From positions 15,996,001-16,060,000 of the forward strand of contig OX597831.1 in the NCBI GenBank assembly GCA_951406725.2: 64,000 nucleotides of DNA. The letters are read 5' to 3'. Below are positions 1-13,230 of the stretch, in pieces. Each line of letters starts with the position of its first letter. Position 1 is the stretch's first letter. The notes under the pieces are model-generated. The model was not told where the DNA came from and did not search any database. It was given only the letters and a program-made list of their open reading frames with translations. Source of the stretch: Octopus vulgaris (taxonomy: Eukaryota). A program made the translations under genes and the position numbers.

Positions 1-524
1 GGCACTGGGGTAAAATATACGAAGCCCACCATACCCATCATGACTACCCGTCTGATAAAGGTACACCAGGCACATGCATCACAACCATATGTGCGCGACA
101 TGGTGATCTCATATCAAGATAAACAGCACATGACCTTGCAGGTGGGGCCTAGTTAGAATTTTCTTCAGGTCGAGTAGACCATCCTGCTCAAAAGGTCCCT
201 GAATAAGGGTTGCTTTAGGATGTTGAACGAAACACCTATGTTTCCAGAGGTGAATTATTCAAACTCAAAAGAATCACTCTCAACACATGGCTATGATGCT
301 CCCCCACTACTTCTGCTCGTGATCAGAGATGCACATATCGTCAGCCACTAAGGGACAGGCACAACTGGTCATGGTCAAACAACTGACAAGCAAATCTGTG
401 GTATTGAGCGGAATATTTGCTGTAGCCCATCTTTTATACCAAGACAAAACAATGTACATGATTACACTTCCAATCAGTTAAGATCAGAAGCCATGAGAGC
501 CACTTCCTGGTACTGCATCAGGGC

Positions 525-525
<1 letters not shown>
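1..525. mobile_element. Non-coding ~555-bp interspersed element inserted in (TTA)n, copy 1 (cut by window edge)
   Basis: Aligns along its length with 1713-2238 and ends gggca before a (TTA)n tract; no ORF. Confidence 0.8.
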
Positions 526-582
<57 letters not shown>

Positions 583-585
<3 letters not shown>

Positions 586-1337
586 TAGTTTTATTTTTAT
601 TTTTATAGCGTGCTTTCACTTCACTACCGAGCACAGCTCTGTGTGCCTTGGGTATGTGCTGTGATTTGTTGTGATGCTCTGATGGTTATTGTATGGAAAG
701 TGTTCTGCGTAGGATGTGTGCAGTGCCCAGTAGTGCAATTTTCTGTATGTTATATGTGTTTGTAAGTCCTGGTGTTTTTGTTATGTATTTGTCTGAATAT
801 TTTTTTATCATGCCTAATGCACCTACTATGATAGGAATTGTTTCTGTTTTCAGATTCCACATTCTAGTTACCTCTATTTCCAGGTCTTTGTATTTTGAGA
901 GTTTCTCCATTTCTTTTAGAGACACGTTGTCATCTGCCGGTACTGATACATCAATTAGAAAGCATTTTTTTTCTTCATGGTCTCTGACAACTATATCTGG
1001 TCTGTTGGCCTTAATTTCTCTATCTGTGTGTATCGGCATATCCCAGAGTATGGTTGCTTTCTCGTTTTCTGTGACCTTTTCTGGTGTGTGCCTATACCAT
1101 CTTTTTTCTGTTGTTATTCCATAATGTTGGCATAGCTTCCAATGTATGTAAGTTCCAACTCTGTCATGTCTGTGAATATATTCCTTCTTAGCCAGGGCTG
1201 GGCAGCTAGAGATAATATGATTTATTGTTTCTTGTCCATCTCCACACATTCTGCAGTTACTTGTAATATTTCTTTTCATTACATGTTTTTGGTAATTTCT
1301 GGTGGGGAGGCTTTGGTCCCCAAAGGGGAGGGGAGGC

Positions 1338-1340
<3 letters not shown>
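583..1340 (-). mobile_element. 5'-truncated Dong/R4-clade non-LTR retrotransposon (CCHC knuckle, restriction-like endonuclease, 3'UTR)
   Basis: Frame 686-~1318 encodes CRMC..ETINHIISSC, RHD, RPDIVV..LIDV..EKLSKY and PIIVGALG motifs; (TAA)n on both sides is the known Dong target; the poly-Ile N-terminus of the listed ORF is microsatellite. Confidence 0.9.
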
Positions 1341-1378
<38 letters not shown>

Positions 1379-1438
1379 GATTATTATTATTATTATTATT
1401 ATTAATATTATTATTATTATTATTATTACCATTATTTA

Positions 1439-1517
<79 letters not shown>

Positions 1518-1559
1518 TATTAATATTATTATTATTATTATTATTATTACCATTATTTA

Positions 1560-1617
<58 letters not shown>

Positions 1618-1649
1618 ATTATTATTATTATTATTATTACCATTATTTA

Positions 1650-1683
<34 letters not shown>
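1341..1683. repeat. (TTA)n microsatellite with higher-order duplicated variant units
   Basis: The variant ttaccattatttaca recurs three times inside the tract. Confidence 0.9.
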
Positions 1684-1685
<2 letters not shown>

Positions 1686-2238
1686 GTGAGAGAGCAGTTC
1701 ATGCCATCAAAGTGACACTGTGGTAAAATATACGAAGCCCAATATACCCATCATGACTACCCGTCTGATAAGGGTACACCAGGCACATGCATCACAACCA
1801 TATGTGCGCGACATGGTGATCTCATATCAAGATAAACAGCACATGACCTTGCAGGTGGGGCCCAGTTAGAATTTTCTTCAGGTTGAGTAGCCCATCCCGC
1901 TCAAAAGGTCCCTGAATAAGGGTTGTTTAAGGATGTTGAAAGAACCACCCATGTTTCCAGAGGTGAATTATTCAAACCCCAAAGAATCCCTCTCAACACA
2001 TGGCTATGATGCTCCGCCACTACTTCTGCTCGTGATCAGAGAAGCACATATCGTCAGCCACTAAGGGACATGCTCAACTGGTTAAGGTCAAACAACTGAC
2101 AAGCAAATCTGTGGTATTGAGCAGAATATTTGCTGTAGCCCATCTTTTATACCAAGACAAAACAATGTACATGATAACACTTCCAATCAGTTAAGGTCAG
2201 AAGCCATGAGAGCCACTGCCTGGTACTGTATCAGGGCA
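1684..2238. mobile_element. Non-coding ~555-bp element in (TTA)n, copy 2 (apparently complete)
   Basis: Direct-orientation copy of 1-525, (TTA)n on both flanks; diverged fragment also at ~28535-28605. Confidence 0.8.
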
Positions 2239-2271
<33 letters not shown>

Positions 2272-2273
2272 CA

Positions 2274-2337
<64 letters not shown>

Positions 2338-3191
2338 TTTTATTGTTGTTATTAGTGTGATAGTATTACCTTTTACTTCGTAAATTTCTTTTAATTTAGT
2401 TAATTTTTAGTTTGATATAATGTAAAATCCCAATGTTTTAATCTCAGTTCGAATTTTAATCCGTAATCAATTTAATGGCTTAAAATTTTAAATCTCATTT
2501 AAGGACGTTAATTTGAAATCATATCCAGCTTCCAATATCATTTAATTTTCAGCAACTCAACTCGACTTTATATTTTTTCAACCTCACCTGTGTCAACTTA
2601 TAGTTGCATATTATCCTAGCTAACCAAAAGTTTCTAAACCTCTCCATTATAATATGGTTGCTAATGATATTAAGTTCATTTTATATAACAAATCCGAAAC
2701 TATGTATGATGCTACTAAATACCCAATATATTAGGTTAAGTTTACTATGTGTGTAACTGATCCTTTATTCGGCGAATATCTAGTCAAAAATCAATGTAAA
2801 TATGTTCATGTGTTTTGACTTGACTAATTATTTTTCCTGACTTTTCCTTTGAAAACTTTCGGTCATCCTACCCCATTGCTACTAAGTGACCCATTCTTCT
2901 ATTCTTTGTATTCCACTTGTGTCTTTCGTTCCCTTATCCTCCCTTCCGATGCACGTACTATTCCTTCAATGTTCTGCTTTGTTGTAACCAGAAATGGCTA
3001 CACGAAAATAGTATTAATTGATTTAGGTCGGTCAATTTTTCTCAACTGTTCAATAGTCCAGTTCATTAAAAGTATCTATAACCTACCTATAATGACTACT
3101 GGAAACAGTTGTAGCCAAATCTATTCTAATAAAGAAAATGGAATATTATCATCATTTATACGTTGTCCGATCTCTCTCGCTGTCTATCTCC

Positions 3192-3282
<91 letters not shown>

Positions 3283-4454
3283 TATATTGTTTAATGAATA
3301 CATACTTTTATGAGCATCAACTTATAGTGTCATGTGAGAAAGACGTCTCATACCACATCTTATACCACGTCTGGTGGCTTCATGCAACTCTGAGGCAAAT
3401 CTCACTTGGCAAATACAAGAGAAAACAATACAAAGTACAATATAACATAAGGAAATACACGGGACGAGAAGATAGAAGCACAAGGTGGAAGGCTGAAAAT
3501 ACCTTATGTCAAGGGATCAGAAAATGCATGCTATGCGTGGCTGAAAGTTTGCATGATCTATATAACACTACTGAATTCCAGATCTGAAGAAATTTGAGCG
3601 GATGAAATCATATGGATGTCTTCCTGATGGTAAATTGGAAAATACCACCCTCTCCGAAATAATCAGCTGAACCCAAATCTCTAGATCCCCATTCATTCAG
3701 CCTTATTCTGTCTTTCCAGTCAAAAGTGACATAAACGTCATTCCCTCGTTTGGTTGTCTTCATTTTTCTGTTTTCCATTTTTTTTTTTGTTTTAAGGTGT
3801 TTTTTAAATTCTCCGATCTATTTTCCTCTCGTATTTCCTCTTATTCCATAGACCTGTTTTAGCTTAATATATGCCATGTGAGCATAATACGAGAACTGTG
3901 CGAAACCACCACTTGATGCTCTCATCGCATCAATATATGACGTATCTTTGAATTTGTTATACCTTCAAACACAAACACAAAAACACACACATATTAGAAT
4001 TGACTGTAACAAACCGTAGATATCTTATCTTCACGATATTCATACCAAATTATTGGCTCCAATAATTTCTTTTCCAGGTAATTCATATAAAGAGATTCCG
4101 AGATCAAGAATACCTAGAGATAAATTGATACCTCCTCCTCCTCCTCCTAAAGCTGCTCCCACTCAACAAATCCAATCCACAACCAAAACCAAAACCAAAA
4201 CCAAAACCAAAAATGGGACCATCACAACAACTAAGAGAACTTTCACTCATCGAATCATCAGAACTACGATTCCGCCTGTCAAAAGTACTCGATGGGGCTG
4301 CATGAAATATGTGTTTTACCTTTTATATGCGCCTTGCATTAAAGGATATCACGTACATACCCACTCTCAGACATTACGTACATTCCCACTCTAAGTAACT
4401 TCAAAGTATTTAATAAGCTGCGAATCATATACATACACATATACATACATAATA

Positions 4455-4842
<388 letters not shown>

Positions 4843-6010
4843 GTCATGTTGGCTTTTTCGTTAATGACAACTAATTTCTTCTCAATGAAATAGATAATGT
4901 TAAGTCCTGAACTACTGAAATCTGAGCGAGGTGATTGTTCAATTCTAACATAAATAAGCAAGATAATATTGTCACCAAAGTGGAAATATATTAGTATTTG
5001 TGTGTCTGTATATGATATCCGCAATATTCGCCTACTAGCTGTATATCATATTGATATTACTAGAATGTCCACAGTAATCATTTCTGGTGACGCCTGCATT
5101 TTTGACTAAACACTGGAACTATGTTATTAATTAATATGTGAAAGGCGTGTGCAATTTTTAACTGTACAATTTTCTAGTGAGGCCATTAGGACGAACATCC
5201 AATGTCAGAATCAACCCTCATCTGTTAAAACTTTAGTAAAATTGTACTCTAATAAAACGCAATAAATAATATTTTAGTTTGATATTAAATAGGTTTTGAA
5301 CCTTGTAATGGGAACAATTATGCACATACAAAGACACATAGACAGACGCGAGCGCACACACACATACACCTATACGACTAGTTTCATTTTCGTTTGTGTC
5401 TACCAAATCCATTTACAGGAACTTGGTCCGCCTGAGGGTAAAGTCGGCCAGACTTTAATAATATGCCACGCAGTGGGTCTGGACCTAAACCCATTTAGTC
5501 GGAAGGCAACCTTCTTAGAACACAGTCACACCTGTGGTAAGATATGTATGTATATCATTTTAAATTCATACATAAATACGTACACACACACACACACACA
5601 CACGCACATACACACACACACATATATGTAGATCAGAAAACGAGATGATAGAGGATAAAAATGGTTATGTAACAATCTTCATTAGCAGGTGTTTATGTAA
5701 TGAGATGCCATAGACTCGAGTATGAAGAGTGATTCATTTGGGAAGAAAATATTTAATTTCTGCACTGTACATGGAAGACATTACCAGAAATAAAGTTACA
5801 ACTGATGTATATAAAATAAATATATGTCCAATAAACATTAGTAACAGAAAATGTAGAAAAAATAAATACATATATACACGCTTGCACAAGCTAAAAAAAT
5901 CCACGAAGACAGTCAGACAAAAATAGGGCGTACACACACACGCATATATATATACATACATACATATATACACACACAAATATATATATATGTGTGTGTG
6001 TATATATATA

Positions 6011-6061
<51 letters not shown>

Positions 6062-7281
6062 TGGTATATATATGCATAAAAATATATGTCTATATATACA
6101 TATATTTATATACATGTATGCGCCCAGTATGTGTATGGGTGTATATATATATATATATATATATAAACAAATTCTGCTACTATGAATATGATCATGACGT
6201 TAACAAACTGACGTGAATGACTATACGTTGCTTTTTACTTAAGTGATCACCTATAAATATTCGTACAGTTAATCAACCACCTGGGTTTTGTGGTCGACCA
6301 CAAGGGAAACAAACTTAATTTCAGTCGAAATGCAGCACCATATTAGAAGTAGAGGAGAAATCGATGAAACAAAGCGGTCCGTAAAACTTTCGGTAAAGTT
6401 TGGTAAAATCCGTAAAAAACATGTACGTATAATGAAGAAACTAAATGACCAGTGGAAATGGTAAAGAAGAATAAATTATTCAAATGTTACTACATTCCAG
6501 CAATGGCATACGATTATCTTTTACGTGTTTCAATCACTAAACTACGCCAATGCTGGAGCAACCTGTTGAATAATACAGAGTGGAATGAGTCGATCTTAGC
6601 GCTTATAGATTTTAAAACCGGTAATTTATATAATGGATTGTCAAGTGGCGTCGGGAAACAAACTCTGACAAACGCTCATACAGTCAGGTACACCAATACC
6701 GCCGCCACTACGCCCATATACTCACACTTATATATACACGACTGGTTTCTATCAGAGCTTCTGTCTAACTAATGCACTCACGAGCCAAACGTGTAGCCTC
6801 GTTCTTTTCTTGTTTTGTAGATGTATTTTTCAGGATATATGAAACTCACGTAGAGTCCATGTGCCAAATATGATTAAGTTTGTCATAGTTTTCTCAATAT
6901 GTGAAGTGATATCGATTATACTACGTCTTCGTGAGAACCGGAGAACAGTTATAATCTTCGTAGGAGATATCAATGTGTGTACGGAAAGTCGGTTGGTGTT
7001 CGATATCTATTTTAAGCCTGAATGTTTGCAAAGAATGCATTTTCCTCTCAGCATCAATTATAATGTTCTGAAGTGTTGACATGAGTGTTTGCTTTGGCTG
7101 CGGTTACACATGTAAAGCAAGACACTGTGAAATTTATAAAATTCTTTTAGAGGCCAACCTGTGCCACTGACATTTTTCTTTGACATTTTCTCTGTATTTT
7201 TTGGTATTTTGAAATTATACGATTATGCAAATAAAACAGTTTTTTCTTTCATTTTTGCTGTTGTATAATTTATTGTCTCTT

Positions 7282-7370
<89 letters not shown>

Positions 7371-7417
7371 ATCTATGTATATATATATACATATATATGT
7401 ATATATATATCTATCTA

Positions 7418-7480
<63 letters not shown>

Positions 7481-7985
7481 ATGTGTGGACATATGCTCTT
7501 CTTTGACTTCTATTTTTTTATTCTTAAGACTGTTCATGTCGTCCACAAAAAATACGAACTTGAAGAATTGTGGTATAATATAACTATCTGTCTGTCTACA
7601 GCTTATCAAACACACACCATTACATAATATATGAGTACCAAATGAAGGCCTAGAGAAGCCAGCTTGTTTTCAGTAGAGGAAACTGGAATTCTTAGTGCCT
7701 GACGAATGTAAAACAGCTGTTGAAAATAACTGTGGCTCCAAAGCTGTGACAATTTCACGTCACTAAATCCGGAAACTACTGACAGAGACGAGAAAAATAA
7801 CACAGTTATATTACACTTCAAAGCAAATATATATCTGGAGGAACGACCGGTCTCTGGCAATATTTTTCAATTCAGATACAGGTATACAATGCACGACAGA
7901 AATACACAGTCAATAGTTGCTTATGGGACGACACACAACAACACGCCAGCAACACACAAAAATACTTATTTGCGTGTGTGTGTTT

Positions 7986-8032
<47 letters not shown>

Positions 8033-8077
8033 CCTGTTTTTTTCTCCCTACACATACATTTTTATAAAGTGCATATT

Positions 8078-8121
<44 letters not shown>

Positions 8122-8271
8122 TATAACCGAATATTCTCTTTGTTGAAAATGTGTATATTTGCAACTGAAGATGACGGTGCATTTCACAAGCATTAGGTTG
8201 CATTGTTCTATTTAGTGGAAGCGCTTCAAAAGGCCGTATTTCCTTAGCACCATGACATCATTGCTACTTAT

Positions 8272-8351
<80 letters not shown>

Positions 8352-9230
8352 CATATATACACACACACAATATATATATATATATATATGCTTTTGACAA
8401 ATTTACATATTTAAAATCTAGTTGCATTCCAGTAATCAATTACCTCTAATAAACAAGTTTGAAGAGAATTATATTTAAAGACTGAAATGTAACGGTTACA
8501 TATGAGTGATTAGACTCGCGGGTTTCCGAAGATTATCAGCAAAATACATCGGAACGATTGACTTAAACGTGTCAAGCAGGAATTACATTTGTCGAAATCG
8601 CTATTGAAAAATTTACAAATAATTTTCGTCACCTTATTCAATGATTGCTGTAATGTTATAGATGTCAAAATGATGGAATGGGTTTTCATTCATTTCATCT
8701 AAGTGAATTATATCTATATCAACATCGTATATTCAATCTAAAAAGTTTGATTTATTCAGCTGTTAGGTATAGATATTTCAATGGTTGTATTCAAATAGGA
8801 TAAATATTTCTGAATCTCGGTTATTATATGCCAAAGAAATCTCTTGGTTATAAAGCGATCGCAATATAGGACAATTGTAAGAATTATAAATGGTAGGGCA
8901 ATTGAGAGTGTGATACTGAAGGAGGTAGAGTAATGTTAGGAAAATTAAATCTTCTATATCTTGTGAATTTGCATCTTTAAATTCTAATTACACATTGCGC
9001 CATATTTATTCCTCATGTCGAATTACACTTAAATGATAATCCGCGATAGTTACAACACTGGTGTTATAAGTTTTCACATGTTAAAGTGTTTAGATACGCA
9101 TCTAATCAGCGAATTTAAAGTGGATCCGGGGCTGTCATGTAATGTAGGATGGGTTGTATATAGCAAAATATGTTCGAAGCATATTCTAAGTATTTCAATA
9201 TCGTTATGGACAAAAACCCGGTATAATACA

Positions 9231-9260
<30 letters not shown>

Positions 9261-9265
<5 letters not shown>

Positions 9266-9371
9266 ATGATCACATGACCGACCAGACCATCAGATGTTGC
9301 TACACATCGCTGGTCACAATGCGTTCGTATTGTTTTAGCCTTCGAGTGACGCCACCCCGCTGGCTAAGCGA

Positions 9372-9374
<3 letters not shown>
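9261..9374 (-). mobile_element. 3' tail fragment of SINE family B inserted in (TA)n
   Basis: Reverse complement matches 14934-15050. Confidence 0.75.
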
Positions 9375-9419
<45 letters not shown>

Positions 9420-10177
9420 TTAGAATACGACTGTACGTGAGGAGTTTCGGTGACATATTTCCCCTCTTGTATAACAGCGCCCGGCCGCATCCCAGCATAT
9501 CATAATATAATGTTATATAAGCCATAATACATATTTAATATACAGTGCCAAAGTAAGTGAATAAAGGACGACAAAATCCGTTCTACTTTTATAAAGAGAA
9601 TATAGATTTTATTCACAGAGTACAAAGTGATTTGTTATTATTAGCGTATTGTTGTGTCATTAATGCATGCTTATAATATTTGTGTCTGTGTGTTCGTGTG
9701 TGCGACAGAAATACAGAATAGAGTATATGCAAATACAACAGAGCATAAGAGAAGTCTCAACATTTTGAGTTTAAATGAAGTTACTTTAGAGTTATTTTAC
9801 CAGTTCATGTAGTACACGATAATGAGTTCTATACAAGATTTGAGTCTCAGAGCTGAGATTAGTTGAGTCACTTGTTGTGCATATTTTTTTCTTGATATAG
9901 ATATTCTTTCAGATATATATACTGCAACTGTTTTTCCGTTGTGAGATTTTCACACTAACAGCATGAGTTGAATCTGTATTTATCTTGTTGTGTACAAGTT
10001 GAAATCTTCGTAGGTAGAGACGATGCTGGTGATGACGTTCTGTCTGTCGCTGGTTTACAATAGCATCTTCATTGTATGGTTGGCTTAGCTGTCGTCTGCC
10101 TTTTGAAATGGAACATGGTTGAGTAAGCTCTGTGTTGTCTCCGACCAAGACCTTAAAAGGTCTTAAGCCGAAAGACT

Positions 10178-11340
10178 ATTTCTTTATTACCCACAAGGGG
10201 CCAACATAGAGAGACACAGAACAATCGTGGAACTTAAAATAATTATATAAGCGGATGAAAAAGGACGAAGAAAATTAAAATAATAATGAGTTATGAAAAG
10301 ATATTTACAATGAGGTGTAATGCCCACCCGATCCCCGAAATCGGGTGGTTACATTTCGTCAGTTCTTTCACAGAATTTCACAATACATTTCACCGAATTT
10401 CAAAATACATTTCACAATATTACAAAATATATTTTCAAAATACATTTCACATAATTTCAAAAATACATTTTACAGAGTTTCAAAATATATTTCACAGAAT
10501 TTCGAAATACCTTTTCACAGAATTACTTGTAGGGTTTTTCTTTAACACAATTTTAGATAAATTGCAATTCTTGCACCAGATCATCGTAACACTCTATTGA
10601 ACGTGGATGCTTTACCGATCGGCAAAACGCGTCTTCTAACACGTTCCCTCCGGCGGCCTCGATGAACCCATTGACACTGTCCCCATGAATTAGAACACCC
10701 CACTCGGTATCCATCTTAACCCGTGTATGTCCTTTTGTTCTGCTTATTAATTCTTCCATTTCAGGGCAGCTCCTGAATTGCGCTAACATTCCATAAAATC
10801 TGTGATGACGATTCGAACCTGTGCTTTCTCTTGTCTTCCTTTTAGGATTTATTTCTTCTTTATTCTCCTCTATTGGTTTCTTTCTTTCTCTCTTCTTGGC
10901 TTCTTTCTTTTCTTTCTCTTGTCTTTTTAGTTCTTTCTCTGTTGACTCTCTATCTTGTGACTTTTCTCTTGTTTCTTTTTCCTTTTCCTTTCTCTTGTCT
11001 CTGTTCTTTCTTTCGTTCGTTTTCTTTTGTTTCCCTACCTTGTGTTTTTTGTTCTTTTCCTGTTGATTATTTTCCCTTGTTTTCGTTTTCCTTCAGCGTA
11101 CTGCCTTTTCCTTTCTCTTGTCGTTTACCTGTTGTTTCTTTTTTCTTGTCATCATTTTCCTTCAGTGCTCTATTCTTTCCATCTTACTCTTCTTTTTCCT
11201 TCTCTTTCTTTTCCTCTTCTGTTGTCTTATTTCGTTCCATTTCTTTGTCCACTGTGAATTCATATAGAGGACATTCTGTTCTTATATGTCCCCTAGTTCC
11301 ACACAAGTAACAGTTCGGCCTTCGTCCCTCTATATTTGAA
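10178..11340 (-). mobile_element. Degenerate gag/ORF1-like retroposon: CX2CX4HX4C knuckle, E/K-rich tract, C-terminal domain, 3'UTR with AATAAA
   Basis: EGRRPNCYLCGTRGHIRTECP (knuckle 11271-11312); ORF 10553-10789; 3' end ccccttgtgggtaataaagaaa; in-frame stops; no RT before the tail. Confidence 0.65.
10365..10525. repeat. Minisatellite, ~22-bp unit tttcacagaatttcaaaataca
   Basis: About 7 degenerate contiguous copies. Confidence 0.85.
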
Positions 11341-11730
11341 ATTGCGATATATGTAAACAAAGTTTGCTTTTTTTTACAAGCGTTGAAATGTATTGCAATT
11401 TACAGATATGGAAATAGTAACACCAAATGGCATAAACAGGATAGAGATTTGAATAGCTTAAATAGGAGTTCGAGTTTCATGGCTGGCTTCTAACAAAACT
11501 TTGTGCAATTCAAGGATGTTCTATCTTCATTATGCTATTCAGCATTATTATTATACGTTTGCAAATATAATATTTCTATATCTTTATATTTTAATAAGTC
11601 TCGACGCTTCTAAATGAAAGGGATCATCGTTTGTTTACATATATCGTAATTTCACATATAGCGTGTCTATTGGGGCTACATTTATAAGTTCCAAACTTGC
11701 AGACGAATTTGTTAGTGGGCAGTTTATTAT

Positions 11731-11947
11731 TTTATTCTTTTATTTGTTTCAGTCATTTGACTGTGGCCATGCTGGAGCACCGCCTTTAGTTTAGCAAATC
11801 GACCCCGGGACTTATTCTTTGTAAGCCCAGTACTTATTTTATCTGTCTCTCTTGCCGAACCGCTAAGTGACGGGAACGTAAACACACCAGCATCGGTTGT
11901 CAAGCAATGCTAGGGGGACAAACACAGACACACAAACACACACACAC

Positions 11948-12020
<73 letters not shown>

Positions 12021-12222
12021 TATAGATATATATATATACATATACATATATATATATACGACAGGCTTCTTTCAGTTTCCGTCTACCAAATCCTTTCACA
12101 AGGCATTGGTCGGCCCGGAGCTATAGCAGAAGACACTTGCCCAAGATGCCACTCAGTGGGACTGAACCCAGATCCATGTGGTTGGTTAGCAAGCTACTTA
12201 CCACACAGCCACTCCTGCGCCT
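11731..12222 (-). mobile_element. tRNA-derived SINE family A, full length, with internal (CA)n(TA)n
   Basis: Head aggcgcaggagTGGCTGTGTGG (A box) ... GGTTCAGTCCC (B box); many copies in the window. Confidence 0.85.
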
Positions 12223-12274
12223 AGTTTAGCCACTCCAGTTTAGCTGAAAGTTAGAGCACAATGACCGGTAATCA

Positions 12275-13230
12275 CAGAGATGGAGTTCGAATAAATAATG
12301 GAAACACCTTAAAATTTCAAACGAAGTTATTTTAATATGGGGTAGGACCGCCCTTGGCAGTAATTACAGCTATTGACTCGTACAAAGTTTGAATTGTTTC
12401 CAAAGGAGTTTTTGTCCATTATTCAACTAAAACAGTTTCCAGTTCTTGCAGTGATGAAGGTGGAGGCTATCAACTTCTTAATTGTTTTTCTAAAATGCAT
12501 CATAAATGTCCAATAATATTGAGATCTGGCGACGGTGGTAGCCAGATAAGATATTCAACGACATCACTAGAATGTCCCTTGTACCATTCAGTAAACATTT
12601 AAGCCCTGTGAATTGGTGCATTATCATCCTGAAAGATTGCATTTCCCTCCAGAAACAGTTCCACAAACATAGGATGAATTTGATCAGATAAAATGCTTAA
12701 ATAGTCTTGACTATTAATTCTCCCATGAAGGGAAACCATTGGGCTGGCGGATTTGTAAGATATGCCCCCGCCGATCATCACAGGTCCTCCTCTATGTTTA
12801 ACAGCTGGAAGAAGGCAGTCCGGGTCAAATAATTATTTTGGCTGACTCCACATATATACTCCGAGGGTGGTCGAAAATAAAGTGAATGATGACTCGTCCG
12901 AGAAAATGACATTCTTCCTCTACTATAGGGACTATAGGTTTTTAGTCCACTCTAAACGCTTTGCAACTTTTTTTTTTGGAAGTAGGGGTTCCCTGAATGC
13001 AGCCCTCCCATGTAATCCGGCTTTGTGCAGCTTCCGGAGAAAACAGTTTTTGTGGAAAGTAGGATCTCGAGGTGGTCATTAAGCTCTGCAGTAAGTTTGG
13101 GAGTAGTACTTTTGTGATTCTTTGTAACAATTCGCACATGAGTCCGACGGTCCCTATCTGAAATTTTTTTTTTTTCTTTCGAAGTTTTATTTCAACGAAG
13201 AGGTTTCTCCATCTTTCTCGAAGGCTGTCA
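12275..13230 (-). mobile_element. Degenerate Tc1-like transposon
   Basis: Fragments FSDESS, IFQDDNAPIH, SPDLNIIG and HTH region LTAELN; TIR-like aataatggaaacacc at left end. Confidence 0.8.

Noticed and set aside
6850-6886. Fourth paralogue of the Cys-protein family (37-nt ATG exon, phase 1)
   Set aside because: No 100-nt or 89-nt Cys exons found downstream and the peptide is unlike the others
10155-10180. U2 snRNA target site flanking the gag-only element
   Set aside because: Similarity is short and gapped and does not match the expected insertion position
10365-10525. CRISPR-like array
   Set aside because: Contiguous degenerate tandem units without unique spacers; eukaryotic context and no cas genes
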